A DNA stretch of 62,412 nucleotides, filler included, from Choristocarpus tenellus KU-1152 (GCA_964200185.2; 12 parts of 12 records of this genome joined end to end with filler, not necessarily neighbours in it), one strand, 5' to 3'. Shown: positions 1-13,192, numbered from the whole stretch's first letter. Notes: generated from the letters alone by a model not told the origin. Numbers and translations are program-made.

Positions 1-359
1 GAGTAATGGAACAATCAATTAGTGGTTGAGTTATCAGATCCTTTTACTAGTGATTAGTTGAATGATAATTTTTCTCATATAAAAGGAAATATTTCTGATT
101 TTATGGGGCCTTGCATGCCCCATCTAAATTTAATCAATCACTCTACAGACACCAAGCAATCTCGCTGGGTTTATCACCTTTACCCTCTTTGATGATTTTG
201 GGGATACTTTAACGTATTCCCCACTCCTAGCTAGGTTGGCTAGGTCCTTTCCCCCTCATTTTTATAGATGTATTATGATCAATGATTTGAGGTATTGTAG
301 AGCTCAAGACGCTAGCCTGCAGTGCAGGTATCCTACAGCCGTATTGATGGATAGCTCAC

Positions 360-821
360 CTGCTGCATCTGCACGATTTCAGCCTTCTTCAACATTTTTA
401 TTGCCCAGTGTGTTTGGGTTGCCTTGTGGGTTGAGAATCGAACTCGGCTAAAACTCCCTGTGCCAAGTGTGACACCTAAGTCGAAGTCCTCTGGTTGAAA
501 AGGCCCGTCGCCCAGCACGTGCTTCACAGAATTCCTAGTATTCGGTGCCATAAGGGTGAGATCAACGCCCTCCTTGGGTGCGTCGGAAATCACGGCTCCG
601 TTGTCGCTCCTCTCAGCCTCCACTTTCGCTTTTGGTGCGTCTGCTCCCTCCACTTTCCCACCGCCACTACTGCTATCCTGCCCGTTCACCTTGTCAGCAG
701 CTATATCGATCCGACTATTTTTCCCTATAGTCTCTTCAGGGGTCAATTGTACAGCCTCAACAGGTGAGGCGACTTGCTCTGGCTCTGATTCTTCTTGTTT
801 TGGGTCAACTTCGTCCCCCAT
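360..821 (-). CDS. cAMP-dependent protein kinase catalytic subunit-like (AGC kinase), first coding exon; gene continues out of the window
   Basis: ATG at 821 (MGDEVDPK). An acidic N-terminal extension precedes FDLGVTLGTGSFSRVR (Gly loop) and WAIKMLKKAEIVQMQQ (VAIK motif, PKA-like). Donor CAG|GTGAG at 360/359. Confidence 0.85.
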
Positions 822-1320
822 TGCTTTGTGAAATTTGTACACTACGAAGATGGAAAGTCGACACCCCTAAGTTGCTCAGACCTGTTAAGAGAAGTGGTTT
901 GATAAGGTCGAAGCATTGACCGTGGAGTAAATGCAATCTCATTGCAACAGGAATGCAAGACATCCGAAGTCACTACTCTCTCAGCACGTTAGTAGTATAG
1001 TATAGTTTGGAATCTTACAAAGGATTTCACACAATATCATTTTTTCATCTTACCCTCCAACACGTTGGTCTTACCCGACACAACTCCAACGATAGTGAAC
1101 GGCGTCTAGCATCCCCCAGCATAAACCCGTTTTGTGTCTCTCGTTACCAGATTGGTGAGCAATCCTCTTCTTCCTTTTTTACGGTTTCTGTGTTGTTGGC
1201 TGTTGGATGGTTGCACCTCTGACCTTTTACGTTACACATTCCTTTCGATTGGTAAGGCGTTTTCCCCATGATTGCAATCAAAACATTTCCAAATGTAATG
1301 TGACAATTGTTTTCACGATC

Positions 1321-4300
1321 ATGTGTGCCTTCACCCATCTTTTGCGGTGTCTACTCGTCGTGGGATTGACTCAAGCATTTCCAAGAGTACCCACTACTCG
1401 AAATCGATTTAGAGTGGTGAACCAACTCGCATCGATTCCTGAAAAGGAAGATGTAAGGTATCGACTAGTTTTAGTTCGCCATGGACAGTCAACATGGAAC
1501 CGCGACATGAGATACATTGGATGGACAGGTGAAATATGATGGTGATATACATACATTTAAAACGTAAAAAGAACCGTGTAAAAGAATTATGATGGGGAAG
1601 TGGAGTTGACCATATATGTATCTTGCTGAAGTCAAGCGACACGCAACAGCCTTGTTTTTTACATGGAAATCCGTATGCCTCCTGCTCTGCAGATGTGCCA
1701 CTTACAGAGGAGGGAGAGGAGGAAGCGAGGGAAGCTGGAAGGAGTCTGAGGAAGGGAAAATTTGAATTCGATGTGGTGTTTACATCTCTGTTGAAGCGGT
1801 GAGAATTTTTAGTAGGTTGATCACAGCCTATTAGAATTGTCTCATCAGAAGATGAACCTATAAGGTGATGGATCCACTTTATTTCCCTATGGGTTAGGCG
1901 ATTTTTTGAAATTCCCTCCTGGTGTTACATGTTTGTATGTATATATATCCCAGTGTGCAACTCTTGTCAGGGAACAAACAATTACTCTGCTCAATGGCAT
2001 ATGTTATTTGGGCGCTGAAGACGACACACCTGTTGATGGAGGAACTCGATCAGCTCTGGGTTCCAATTGTGAACGACTGGAGGTTGAACGAGCGTTTATA
2101 TGGAGACCTGATTGGCAAGACTAAAGAAGAGGCGGAGGAAACTTTCGGCGAGGAAAATGTCGCGCGCTGGGCCAGGAGTTACGTCGTTCCTCCTCCAGCA
2201 ATGAGTCGGAACAGAGAATTCTACCCAGGAGACGATCGCAGGCACGCAGAAGGAATACGATCGCACTGGGAATTAATGTGACTGTTTTTCACTGGGAGAG
2301 TTGAAGATTGGGATGTTCTAGAGGCCTTGTTGCAAGTGCGTGTATTATATACACTCACACTTGGCCGAGGATATCGTACAGATTGAGGGAACTCCTTGTC
2401 ACCAGTACCAGGTAGCTCCATGATATAAGCTCCATGTTGATTGAAAGGGTGCAATATTTTATCTGTGTATATACATCCAATATTTCTTTTTTTAGACCTC
2501 GCACACAGTAGTGCAATACAACTCTTTGGTTGAAAACCAGTCCTAACCCCTCTACCCTCTAACCGAGTGTGGGATCACTGTGAACCAAAGCATTTAAGAG
2601 GGTAGAAGTTTTGCCCTGTTTGTCCGTTCGGGGTTTGATTTCCCACGGGTTTTTTATTACCTTTTTCGGCTTCGGTATGAACTTTTGAGATTTCGGAATA
2701 GGTAAAATGTGTATAGAGCAAGGATATGACACTTGCTAACAAACACGATAGCCAAAATTAATAAAAATCGAAACATTGGATTTATAACTCCGAACGGACG
2801 CGACCCTACCCTCTTAAACGAATTGACTCTGTGTGTTTGAAGTTGGTGTCAATGTGTTACGATCCCTGTGAATAGTGATTTGCATGCAGTGTTTGGCTGA
2901 GCCTACTTCATTGTAGGTGTGAAAGCATTAGCATTCTGCATCATCGTGGGTGTCAAGTCCGGAACAGTTTGGAGGATTTCCTTGGTTGGAGTCATGACCT
3001 CTTTGGCCTTCTGAAGACACGCCAGGAAGCACAGTGTATGCGGAGTTGAGAAGTTGTACTTGGCACTATGTTACAGGTGATGACCATTGCACAGGCAGTT
3101 GTAGGCTCTAATCCCCACTGAAATCACTATACGAACTGGGGTAGTCTCCGCAATTGCCTCACCTTGCCACAGGCATCTAGCCTTCCTGTTCTATCTTGTA
3201 TGGCAATTTTCTTTTCTTTTTCCCTGTAGTTGTCTTGTGTATTTGTATCATGAAACATTTTGTGCCAAGTGCTCATCTTGACCTGATTTCCCCCTATGGT
3301 GTTGTACTTTTAGTAGCACTATAATCAGAGAACTGGTTACTGCGACACCTATAGTCAGAATGTCGACCTGCTGCAAACACTCTCTCTGTATTAGTGTCAG
3401 CCTGGTGTAATACTGTAGTGCCTATAGGTAATAGGTAACCGACACTCTTACATGTGAAGGAAAAAACGCCTTGCCAATGCCATCGCCGTAAGAACTGAGC
3501 GCACTAATGCCCTTGCCAGTAATATATGTATGTATATATGTAGTTATCTTCAATACAAGCAGATCCCACCAGTGTATAAGTTGTTGCTCTCAAGTATAGT
3601 TCTGGTTGTAATTTGTTCACAATGTATCTACATCACCATCACACACCTGAACCACAAATACTACCCTAACCCTAACCCTAACCCTAACCCTTGGTGGTGA
3701 ACCTCATCTTGACCTTAAAACTTTCCCCTCCTGCAGAGATACTTTTCATGGTTTGGTATCTGTACATGTCCTGTATAGCGTTGTAGCCCCAATAATGTAG
3801 TTGTTGTTGTATCCCCAATAATATAGTTGTTGTTGTATCCCCAATAATGTAGTTGTTGTTGTATCCCCAATAATGTAGTTGTTGTTGTATCCCCAATAAT
3901 GTAATTATGTTCGCTTTGCTGTTTTCGGAAGTGGATGTATCCCTCTCCTGCAGCTTTGTCTATGAGGTGGCTAAGCAGGTGCTGTGTATGTGTGTGTGAG
4001 GCACATGTGTTATTTACACCGCCGTCATCCACCCCTCTTCTCTATCAGTGCCGTGTGGGAGCTTGATACCACCAAATAATTATTTAGTTTTAGTTTTTTT
4101 TGTCAGGACACATGTCACGACTGCTCTCGTGTCCACTTCCACATCCATACCTGCTCTCATGTGTGAACTTCCCCCCCCCGTCGTTATCCTTCTCCTGTCC
4201 CTTATTACCTTCTGTTTTGCACACTCCATTTCTCAACACCTCATCCAGATACAAGAACACGGTGGATGAGTCAGGGGAGTCCCTCGTCCCCATTACAGAG

Positions 4301-4390
4301 TGCATGGAAGATGTGGAGAGGCGGGCTGTCCAGTGCTGGGAGGAGGAGATCGCTCCTGTCATATTGAGCGGGAAGAGAGTGCTCATCTCA
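1321..4390 (+). CDS. gpmA: 2,3-bisphosphoglycerate-dependent phosphoglycerate mutase (dPGM), probably plastid-targeted; exons 1321-1528, 1693-1798, ~2011-2241, 4249-4390; 3' exons lost at the gap
   Basis: Spliced translation gives LVLVRHGQSTWN...GWTDVPLTEEGEEEAREAG...FDVVFTSLLKRALKT...DWRLNERLYGDLIG...PPP...TECMEDVERR...GKRVLIS. Exon phases are consistent. The N-terminus is a hydrophobic signal followed by TQAFP. Confidence 0.9.
2582..2829. mobile_element. MITE family A copy (in dPGM intron)
   Basis: Termini gaaccaaagcatttaagagggta / taccctcttaaacgaattgactc, TGT duplicated on both sides. Body matches the copies at 12067, 43996 and 45531. Confidence 0.8.
3664..3690. repeat. Interstitial telomere-type repeat (CCCTAA)4
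   Basis: ccctaaccctaaccctaaccctaaccc read directly. Confidence 0.9.
3787..3903. repeat. Minisatellite, ~26-bp unit ccccaataatgtagttgttgttgtat, about 4.5 copies
   Basis: Direct tandem repetition. Confidence 0.9.
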
Positions 4391-4460
4391 GTACGTGAAA
4401 ACATAGACTTCCCCTGTCATAGTGTGTGTAATGAATGCGGTTGAGTGTGGATGTGGAGCA

Positions 4461-4574
4461 CACCAATGTAGTTGGAAGTGAAGGTCCCAATGTATCACAC
4501 CAATGTAGTTGGAAGTGAAGGTCCCAATGTATCACACCAATGTAGTTGGAAGTGAAGGTCCCAATGTATCACAC
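4461..4574. repeat. Minisatellite, ~37-bp unit caccaatgtagttggaagtgaaggtcccaatgtatca, 3 copies running into the gap
   Basis: Direct tandem repetition. Confidence 0.9.
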
Positions 4575-4674
4575 NNNNNNNNNNNNNNNNNNNNNNNNNN
4601 NNNNNNNNNNNNNNNNNNTTAATTAATTAANNNNNNNNNNNNNNNNNNNNNNNNNNNNNNNNNNNNNNNNNNNN
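4575..4674. other. Assembly gap with TTAATTAATTAA linker (also at 13268, 22439, 25598, 31107, 36039, 40756, 46031, 51093, 54509, 59591)
   Basis: The same N-TTAATTAATTAA-N spacer appears at 11 sites and puts stops in all six frames. It is an assembly artefact. Confidence 0.97.
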
Positions 4675-5142
4675 GTGGATGATGGAGGAGTGTTCTTGGA
4701 TGAATGTGGAGCGGTGTTCAGTGGTGTGGGGTTCAACGTGTTAAAACATAGGCTACTCATCTGTTTTTTTCTTGATACGATACAGTTTCACCAGTCAACA
4801 CTGACTGTTGATTGGTCTGTTACGCACTGGTTGTTACTGCCGCTAGTTTGTTCATCATCACCACATCGATTACCACCAGAACACCGCAGTACAGAACAGT
4901 CGCTCTGCATTCTACAGACAGGAATAGTATACGTCACTTGAGTTGCATCACATACTGATTCAAGTTTGATCTGTTGTTCTCTTGTTTGCTCCTCTTTTTT
5001 CTCTTTCTTCTTCTTATCAGCAGAAGATGACAATTGGCAGCTCTACGTTAATTGTTGATTATTATTTCTTTCTTGGTTGTCATTGATCCCACATAATGCA
5101 CTAAGCTCGCTCTGCAATAAGTGTACCTAACACACACCTGGA

Positions 5143-6331
5143 TGTAATATAATCAGAGTTAAAACCATCTGCAGAAACCCTGCCAGCCAAGGTAACAAGC
5201 CTCTCCACAGAGCATGGACTTCTTTCGTTGAGTATCTCATGAAAGAACACTGAATTCACATTGCATCATTCTTGACTGAGAGATCAACGACTTCAGTTGC
5301 AACATAATAAATACATCGGTGCTTTGCAAGTCCATGATTCTTCATCTCTCGTAGTCTAAGCATTTTGCTCACATGTACGATGCATTCTGTTCAGGTTCCA
5401 ACAGAGTGGAGTGATAACTGGTGTGATGTTTGGTGGAGTGGTAACTGGTGTGGGGTTGAGTGGGGTCGAAGGGTGTGGTGGTGACTGGAAATCAGTCCAT
5501 GCTTGTGAAGCAAAGAATAAAATCTGTATCGTACATGAAGTGTTCATGGATGTCATGATAACAACAATCTTCAATCATCTCTTGAACTGCAAGTAGTAGT
5601 TGGCAATCTCAGATGTCACAAGGTAGTACTATTCATAGACGTGTGACATGAACAATCTTAACAGAAAATTTATATTGGACAAGAAAAATACCTTGTTTTT
5701 TGTTGTGCGAAGTTGTATGGTGTGTGATGTGTGCAAAGAGAAGTTTTTCCAAGAAGCTACATACAATACATAAGTTATGGGACTTGATTCTGTGCGATGG
5801 GGGGTGATGAGAACCATCAGAGATTAGGTTCAGAAAGGAAGGGAGAGATGAAACTGAGGCATACTGGGCGCTTGTTAGAGTGTCATGTGGATCAATCTCC
5901 ACTGTGATTTGTTGCGACCAGTCAGAACAGAAAACACAATCCCGGTCTTGCTGGTCTGAATCTACCATTCATGTCGGTGTTACCGTGAGGGGGTCTTGCA
6001 TCTGACCCACACCATTTTATAACATGAATCAAATGCATCGTACTTGAAAGCAAAATGCGCAGTCTACGTGCGATGAGGAATCATGGTGTTGCAAGGCACC
6101 GACGAGTAAAATGCGTAGTCTGTGTTGTGAAGAGATGTGATTGTGCTTCAAAGCACGAATGTATTTATTCTGCTGTAACAGAGGTCGTTGAGGTTAAGTC
6201 AAGAATCATGTAATGTGAATTCAGTGTTCTTTCATGAGATAATTAACGAAAGTAGTCCATGCTCTGTGGAGAGGCTTGTTACCTTGGCGGACAAGGGTTT
6301 CCGTGGATGGTTTAACTCTGATTATATAACT
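5143..6331 (-). mobile_element. Second LTR-retrotransposon family: LTR ~6018-6331 (-) with PBS and a gag-like start, plus an inverted partial copy of the same LTR at ~5143-5390 (+)
   Basis: 5143-5390 is the reverse complement of ~6030-6330. The + copy starts TGTAATATAATC. On the - strand the LTR is followed by TGGTGTGGGTCAG (PBS-like, from 6014) and then an ORF starting MVDSDQQ (5968). Confidence 0.55.
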
Positions 6332-6576
6332 GAGCAATGTCACAGCAGAGAAATGGATCAGTCAGTAACGGAATGGATCTTCGTTCTGACAGTCCATTTT
6401 GGCTTACCAATTGCTGTTTGGTCAAATCCCAATATTATGGGTGTGTTTGGTTTGTTGGACTGGTCGGTATGGGTGAGTTCAAATGACGTGGTTGGTGCGC
6501 ACAAATGTATATGACCGCACGTCTTATGCACAAGTGTGTGTGACGGAGATCCCAAAAAAGGAACCTGTCCCTGACA
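6330..6576 (-). repeat. Truncated Gypsy 3' LTR preceded by a polypurine tract (GGGGGGAGG, ~6583-6591)
   Basis: Homologous to the 5' LTR. The PPT abuts it on the - strand, and homology ends where the second LTR family begins. Confidence 0.85.
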
Positions 6577-9500
6577 TTATTACCTCCCCCCAGTGCAGAT
6601 TCTATCCGACACAAACACAAAAGTGGCTGGCCAGAACTTCATGTCAGACAGGTCCATCTTTGGGAGATTGTTTTTTTTTTTAACATCCTGGTTGGATCAA
6701 CTCAGGGTAAAGAAACAATGAAAGGTGGAGCACTAGTGGAGATCAGCCCTAGGTCGCACTCTAGTCCAAGTGTTTTGGTACATCAAGTCATCTATTGGGG
6801 CGTGTTGCAAGGATAGTGTCAAGGGTGGTTAAAACTCATCATCCCTTACAATTATGTCTTGTTCAACATAACTTGCCTCCAAGGTGCTTGGGCAACCAGA
6901 AAAAGGTGGACTCTAAATCTTTGAATATGCGCATTTGTTAAAAGGAGTAAAATATTATACCCGTGGTAAATAACATTTTTAACAGAAAAATATATGCATG
7001 CTTCTCACAGGTGGAATTACTCCGTGTTAAAGTCTCCGGATAAGAGCAATCTTTCTAGTCCACGATTCTACAGTCATCTAATAGATCAGCTCTAAATATC
7101 ACCTCAGTCCAAGTGAAACCTGCGTTGACAGGTGTAACGTGCAGTGAGAAAAATGGCATGGACCAGCCTGTCTCATATGTGTCTCCCGGGGTCTGATTGG
7201 ATGAAGCTCAGTATCGCTACAGCTTTGCTACATCAAGTCATCAATGGGGGAATGTTGTGGGAATAGTGTCAAGGGTGGTGTGGTTGGAAGACTCATCTTC
7301 CCTTACTATCGCCTCTTCTTCAACAACTTACCTCCAAGGTTCTTGGGTAACCAGTAAGTTGGACTGTTTAATTTTCATTATCTGTCTTCTCCATGGGGAC
7401 ATTAACTTGGGGTTTGGTGCATCAGCTGAAGTATGTGGTTTGTGAAGCCACACTTTATTTCCGGGTCCATATAGTGGGAGTTTATGGTTCACATTCTTCG
7501 ATTCGTTCCTTAAAACCATCTCACCAATATTACGCTGGGTTAGTTCATAGGCTAGCTGCAAATTCTCCATTGTTTTCGTACTGTATTCTTGTGCAGGTAT
7601 GGGGGTGGCCTCAGGGACGCCCAAATAAGATCAATTGGCAAAATTGGCGCCCCCCAAACATGAGAAAAAATGGAGTTTCTTGAACAGTGGTATTATAGGC
7701 TGTATTATGTGCTAGCTGTACAAAGGACAATAATGAGGCCCAGTTAGATTGGTCCATATTTGAATACATGGTCAGCATACCGTGCATTGTAGGATGAATA
7801 CATTCACATATACTAATGCCTTGCGGTTGATAAGCTTGTATTGGTTTTATGATATCCATACACTTTACGCAACTCAGCCAGGAGTTAATTCTCAAATTCT
7901 TTGCCTTGGTCAGAGTGGAGTGCTTCAGGAGGATCAAAGATGTAAAGAATACAGTCGACGAGAGCTTTAGCCACAGTTTTTCTTGCTTATTTGCAATGCC
8001 AACCAAGATTGCGAATCTTGTAAATATTATAAAAACTCGGGTTTTGTCAAAAATTGATAGTTTTACAAAACTGGAGTTTTTGTATTTTGCTTTATNNNNN
8101 NNNNNTAGAAAGTGTATTATACATCTCTAATATGTCAATTAGGATTAGTTAAGGAGCTTGGAATAGCTGACCTAATGATGGTCTACGACGGACATCGCAT
8201 ATTTTGCCGCCTGACGTGGTCTTATATTTAACTAGGTCAATAGCAAGTCGTTGAAATGGACGTGCGACAGGCATATGTTCTGTCAGCAATGGGGTGAGAG
8301 TGTACGAGGTCTTACGCCTTTGACAGGACTGGCAAGATTCACACTACATCCTCACATCTTTATGTAAGGTTGGCCACCAAAATCTATCGCGAACCCGGTT
8401 GAAGGTGTGTTTGAAAGCAAGATGGCCGTAAAATTTATGGTCATTTAAGGCGTGTAAAATTAAACCCTGAACCTCCCGTTGGGGCTACTAACTGATCCCA
8501 AAATTCTCTTTTTTTTCTGAAGGTGAACAGGCTGATACGACCGGTAGAGTAAAAGTGTATTTTCTCGTTCTTGAGTGAAAAAATATGACATGGTGTAGGC
8601 TGTTTTCTTGATGGGTAATGCTGTATTGCTAGGGTCTGCCAGGTATTGAACACTGCTCATGTTGGGCCTTGGCTAGAACTCCCGTATCAATTACAGGGAA
8701 AACATTGATGGAGCTTGTAAGGAGCTCAGAGTCACATTTGCCACTTTAGTAATTTCACCTAGCCGATCCACGGACAATTAATAGGCAGGGTATACCTTGC
8801 TTGAGAACTTGCCTCAGTGGTTTTTGTACCCACATTTCGACATACAGGGATTAGGGGTAGCTGGTTCAGATTCATGTTTACAAAATTCTTCCAGTGAGGA
8901 CGTCACAACATATCTGGAATGTAATGCAATCTGCCATGCTTATGAAGGACAGTAAAATCAAAACGTTGCAGAGCCATTTCCCATCGAGCCAACAGGTTGG
9001 ACGCATCTTGCATTTTATGCAGCCACCGTAAGGTTGAATGGTAAATAATAAATGTGAAATGTTCACCCCAAATACATGGTCTCCAATGTTGAATTGCCAG
9101 AATAACTGCAAGACACTCTTTTTGTGTGGCAGAATATTTCCATTGGGAGAGGAAAGGTAAGGCACTATGGTATGCAATTATATCAAAATTGTCATCATCA
9201 TTCTTATGCGCCAAAAACGCCTCCGTCCCAACATTACTGGCATCTACATGAACAAAAAATTCCTTAGAAAAATCAGGAAAGTGTAGCACTGGAGCCCTAG
9301 ATAAACGTCGTTTGCATTCATCAAAAGCAGTCTGCTATGGTCGATTCCATCTAGATGAGATATCCTTGTGGTCTTTCTTTGCTCGTTTTAAGGTGGTATC
9401 ATCTTTTTTTTAATTTCCTTTCTGTGTATGGCGAATCAATTCAACTAACGGTTCTGTTGCTGCTGATAGGTGAGGAATGTATTTCCTAACAAAATTCATA

Positions 9501-12066
9501 GAACCTAAAAAAGATTGTAAGCCTTCAAAGTTTGAGGAGGATGCGTATCATATATAGGTTCAACATGAGCTTGGGGATAGTAATTCCTTGTGGACTAACA
9601 TCATGTCCCAAATAATGGATTCGATTTGAGACAAATTAAGGCTTGGATGGCTTTAACGCAACCCCTACATCTTGTAACATTGACAAAACTGTGGTGATCA
9701 ATTGTTTGTGGTGTATCCATGATGGAGAGGCTAAAATTAATATCGTCTAAATATACAAACCCTGAGCTAGGACTGATACTGGAAAAGGTTTCAGACATAA
9801 AGCGTTGGAAGATCGACAGTGCATTTTGTACTCCAAATGGTAACCTCCGAAACTTGTATTTCCCATCTGGTGTGATAAGGCGGTTTTTGTCATTCGCATT
9901 CATCAGTTATCGGTAGTTGCCAGTAGGCTAATTGGATATCTAAACAAGATAAATATTTTGAACCCCCCAACACATATAAACACTCATCCATGGATGGTAA
10001 AGGCCGTGAATTACGTATCAAATATTTATTTATGGTTCCTCTAAAATCCACACAGAATCGAGGTGATCCATCAGGTTTGGCAACAATGGTAACAGGAGAT
10101 GCCCATGGGCTAGATGAGGGTTTTATATTACCCTGATTCTCCATATCAGTTACACATTGTCGAATAGTGTCGAGTATTTTTGGTGCCGCGCGATACGGTG
10201 GTCTATTAACCGGTTTAGTGCCTGGTTGTAGTGGAAACTCAACAGAAGTAGTGGTGCAACAACCTAATTCTTTTTCAGACAATGGAAAGACTGGTCTGAA
10301 TTTAGCCACTATACCTAGTAATTCCTCTTGTTCAGAAAGTGTCAGTTGAGTATTTGTAAAAGCCTACTTAGAAAAAACTGACTTCAATTCCTCCCTAGCT
10401 TGTTTCAGTTCTTCGAGAGTAGAGGGTGTGGCTGCAACTGCACTTACAGTGGTATCTGACAGGGCATATGTTTTTGAAACAGGGGAAATATGACCAACTA
10501 CAAATTTTGCTGGCAACTTGACCCCTTCTGGTGAAAGATTGACAATTTTGACTAGACATCCTCCATCTTCCCAAACAGAGAGGGTTCGACTGACCATTAT
10601 GTGTTGCCAGCGAGAATGTATGTCATCCTCTTGCTGGAGGTCTGTGCCAGTATTAATGATAGGTTCCACCACTGCATCGGCAGCTGTTCCTCGTCATGCC
10701 TGAGAACAAACTGGACCAAGGGTTTCCATGACAGGGGAAGGTGTATCTTTTTTACTGTATGTACTGGTGTAATAAATTCAGATGTGATCACCGAAATTCG
10801 TAGTTTAGGTGGTACATTTTCAGTCTGGCAAAATCTCTTGGGGGAAATAGATGGGAAGAGGGACAATTTTATGTTTTGCTGGAATGCATTGATCACTGTT
10901 TTAGAACGACATTTCCTCTCTACCCCAATCTAGCACTGACCCAAATGCCGACATAATGCTATTATCCAATAAAATTTTATCTACTCCCAGATTAGGTATG
11001 ACAACTGCTTGGACAGGAATTGATATGTAACCAAGTTGTGTAAATTCAATGAAACCATTAACAAATAGAGGTCTACCCCCTGCTCCTTTTAAATTCAGAG
11101 CGCCTACTGGAATCTCCTGAATGGGTGCCTTGCAAAGTAATGGGTGGGCTATCGTGTATCTGAGTGATATTACTGGAATGTCTGTGGCAGTATCAACGGT
11201 AGTATTCATTAACACTTCATTTTCAACATACCCAGGAACTCTTATGCAGCGAGATGAAAAATTTAGGACGCAAGGGGAGCAAGAATACTGTTGGATTGCT
11301 GATGTGTGCCAACAGTATGAGCAGTGGAACAACACAATAATTGTGTAGAAGAAATGTCAACCACGCCCAAAAGAGGTTTTGAGGAAACAGAAAGAGCAGA
11401 TGCAACAGTTGATACATGTCCTGCTTGTGGCAACTTTTGGTGTGCTGATCTTAAATGTTTAAAGTTTTGGGTATTATGTGCTGTCTCTACCACATCTGAG
11501 TTTGCCCAAAACAACAAGTCCCTAGTTTTGCCTTGACTTCCTATCCCTGTAGATTCAGGGGAAACAGAATCAGCAGGGTATCTCTATATTCTCTCATTTC
11601 TCACTCTCTCTCCCCCTGTGGTTCTATGTTACCTTGCAGGGGTTCATGGGAGGAATAATAGAGATTTCTGACAGGCAGCTGGTGTTTTGATCACAAATAA
11701 AAGTCGACGAATTGAACGCTTTTTGTGGTTGTTGCAGATACACATGAGGGAAAGGTCTTAACCCATTTTTGAAATTTGACAACAGGGGAATAGGACAAAG
11801 CCTATGCTCAAGAACTCATGGGGTATGTCTTTCTGAGAAGATGTATCATGTTCAAGGGGTCAAGTACCTAGCCTCAGTGAATAAGGTCGAGGTAGGGTGG
11901 AACAATATACTAACATTCATATTTAAAGTTTGCATGACCGCTGCGACCAAATCTTGGTCATACGGAGTCCCCTCCATCGCCTCATCAATAATCTTCTTGG
12001 CATAGAAGAGTTGGCGATTCACGTACGCAGGGTCTTCCCTCAGACTCTGCTCTGCCATTCCTTCCT

Positions 12067-12326
12067 GATTGAAAGTATCTTAGAGGGTACGAGTTTTGTC
12101 CTGTTTGTCCATTTGGGGCTTGGGTTCCCACGGGTTTATTTTATGACATTCTCATACTCCAAAATGGTTCAGAGAGAGTAAAATTTGTACGTTATGAAAA
12201 TGTGCATATGGAACAAGGATATTGACACTTCCTAACAAATACCATAGCCAAAACTACATCAAAAACGCAACATTGGGTTTTGGCCACCAAATGGAAGCGG
12301 CTCTACCCTCTAAGATACTATGATTC
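12067..12326. mobile_element. MITE family A copy inserted in Gypsy gag region
   Basis: gattgaaagtatcttagagggta ... taccctctaagatactatgattc, flanked by tcct/tcct. Confidence 0.85.
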
Positions 12327-12575
12327 TCCTGCTCTAGCGAGCCACCAGGGGTGCCTTTGTCTACCGATATAGACGCGGGATTCGGTTGAGGTTGGGCATT
12401 AATGGTACCTCCCTCATCACCTCCATCAGTTGTGCTTAAGGTTGCCTTCTTCCCTTTTCTTGTAGCCGACTTCTCCTTGCTGTTGGCACTAGGTGTGGCA
12501 GTATGTGAGGGAGTGGTAATGTCAGATATAATGTGGCGTGAGTTAGCCCCCGTGAACACTAGGCGTGATTACCAC

Positions 12576-12988
12576 TGTGGAAGTGTCAAAGGTGTCAAGT
12601 TCTCAGCTCAAGGGGGCAATCACAATCACCAGAGTGAACTCTTCCGCCTCAGAGGGTGAGACCGAGTTTCAAAGGTCTTGGTTCAACGTCTCAAAGTCAG
12701 TTGAGGGAATCCAGAAGAGAACAAAAATCTCAAACACAACACATGTCCCAGAATGACTGAGCAATGTCACAGCAGAGAAATGGATCAGTCCGAATTGGAA
12801 TGGATCTTCGTTCTGACAGTCCATTTTGGCTGTTAAAATCCGGATCTTATAGGTGTGTTTGTTTTATTGGACGGGTCGGTCTGGGTGAGTTCAAATGACG
12901 TGGTTGGTGCGCACAAATGTATATGACCGCACGTTTTATGCACAAGTGTGTGTGTCGGAGATCCCAAAAAAGGAACCTGTCCCTGACA
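12576..12988 (-). repeat. Gypsy 5' LTR (TG...CA) followed by PBS TGGTAATCACGCC (12574-12562)
   Basis: 12757-12988 matches 6329-6576. The minus strand begins TGTCAGGG and ends TTCCACA. Confidence 0.85.
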
Positions 12989-13192
12989 CCTTAATCAATA
13001 TCCCAATTAACTTGAATGACGTATACTATGATGATACTTCGTGTTATGTGTATCAACTGATTCTATACTTAGTTTCCACACTTACAATCTCAGTGTTCTT
13101 ATATTTAGGATGTTCCACACAATGTTTTATAGTATTCTTATTATATAATTTTCATTGGTTTCCCCCCTGACACATCTGCAAAATGTCAGAGG

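Larger units (their letters stand above)
6330..12988 (-). mobile_element. Degenerate Ty3/Gypsy LTR retrotransposon
   Basis: Domain order PR (VDTATD, ~11190), RT (SPWASPVTIVAKPDGSPRFCVDFR; FRRLPFG; YLDD ~9750), RNase H (VHVDASNVG; YSATQKECLAVI), IN (GHL..WWPTL..CQSC ~8330-8430; HNTAYNTTVQETPFFLMFG). Many stops and frameshifts. Paired LTRs, PBS and PPT present. Confidence 0.93.

Noticed and set aside
3787-4574. Regular 26- and 37-bp repeats as a CRISPR-like array
   Set aside because: Units are head-to-tail with no unique spacers, no cas genes are present, and the context is eukaryotic. They are minisatellites.
4619-4630. Recurring palindrome TTAATTAATTAA as a biological motif or piggyBac site
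   Set aside because: It is always centred in N-runs and is an artificial all-frame-stop linker.
7080-7200. Chromodomain at the end of Gypsy pol
   Set aside because: Only a faint FTWTE motif in a heavily decayed region; not supportable.
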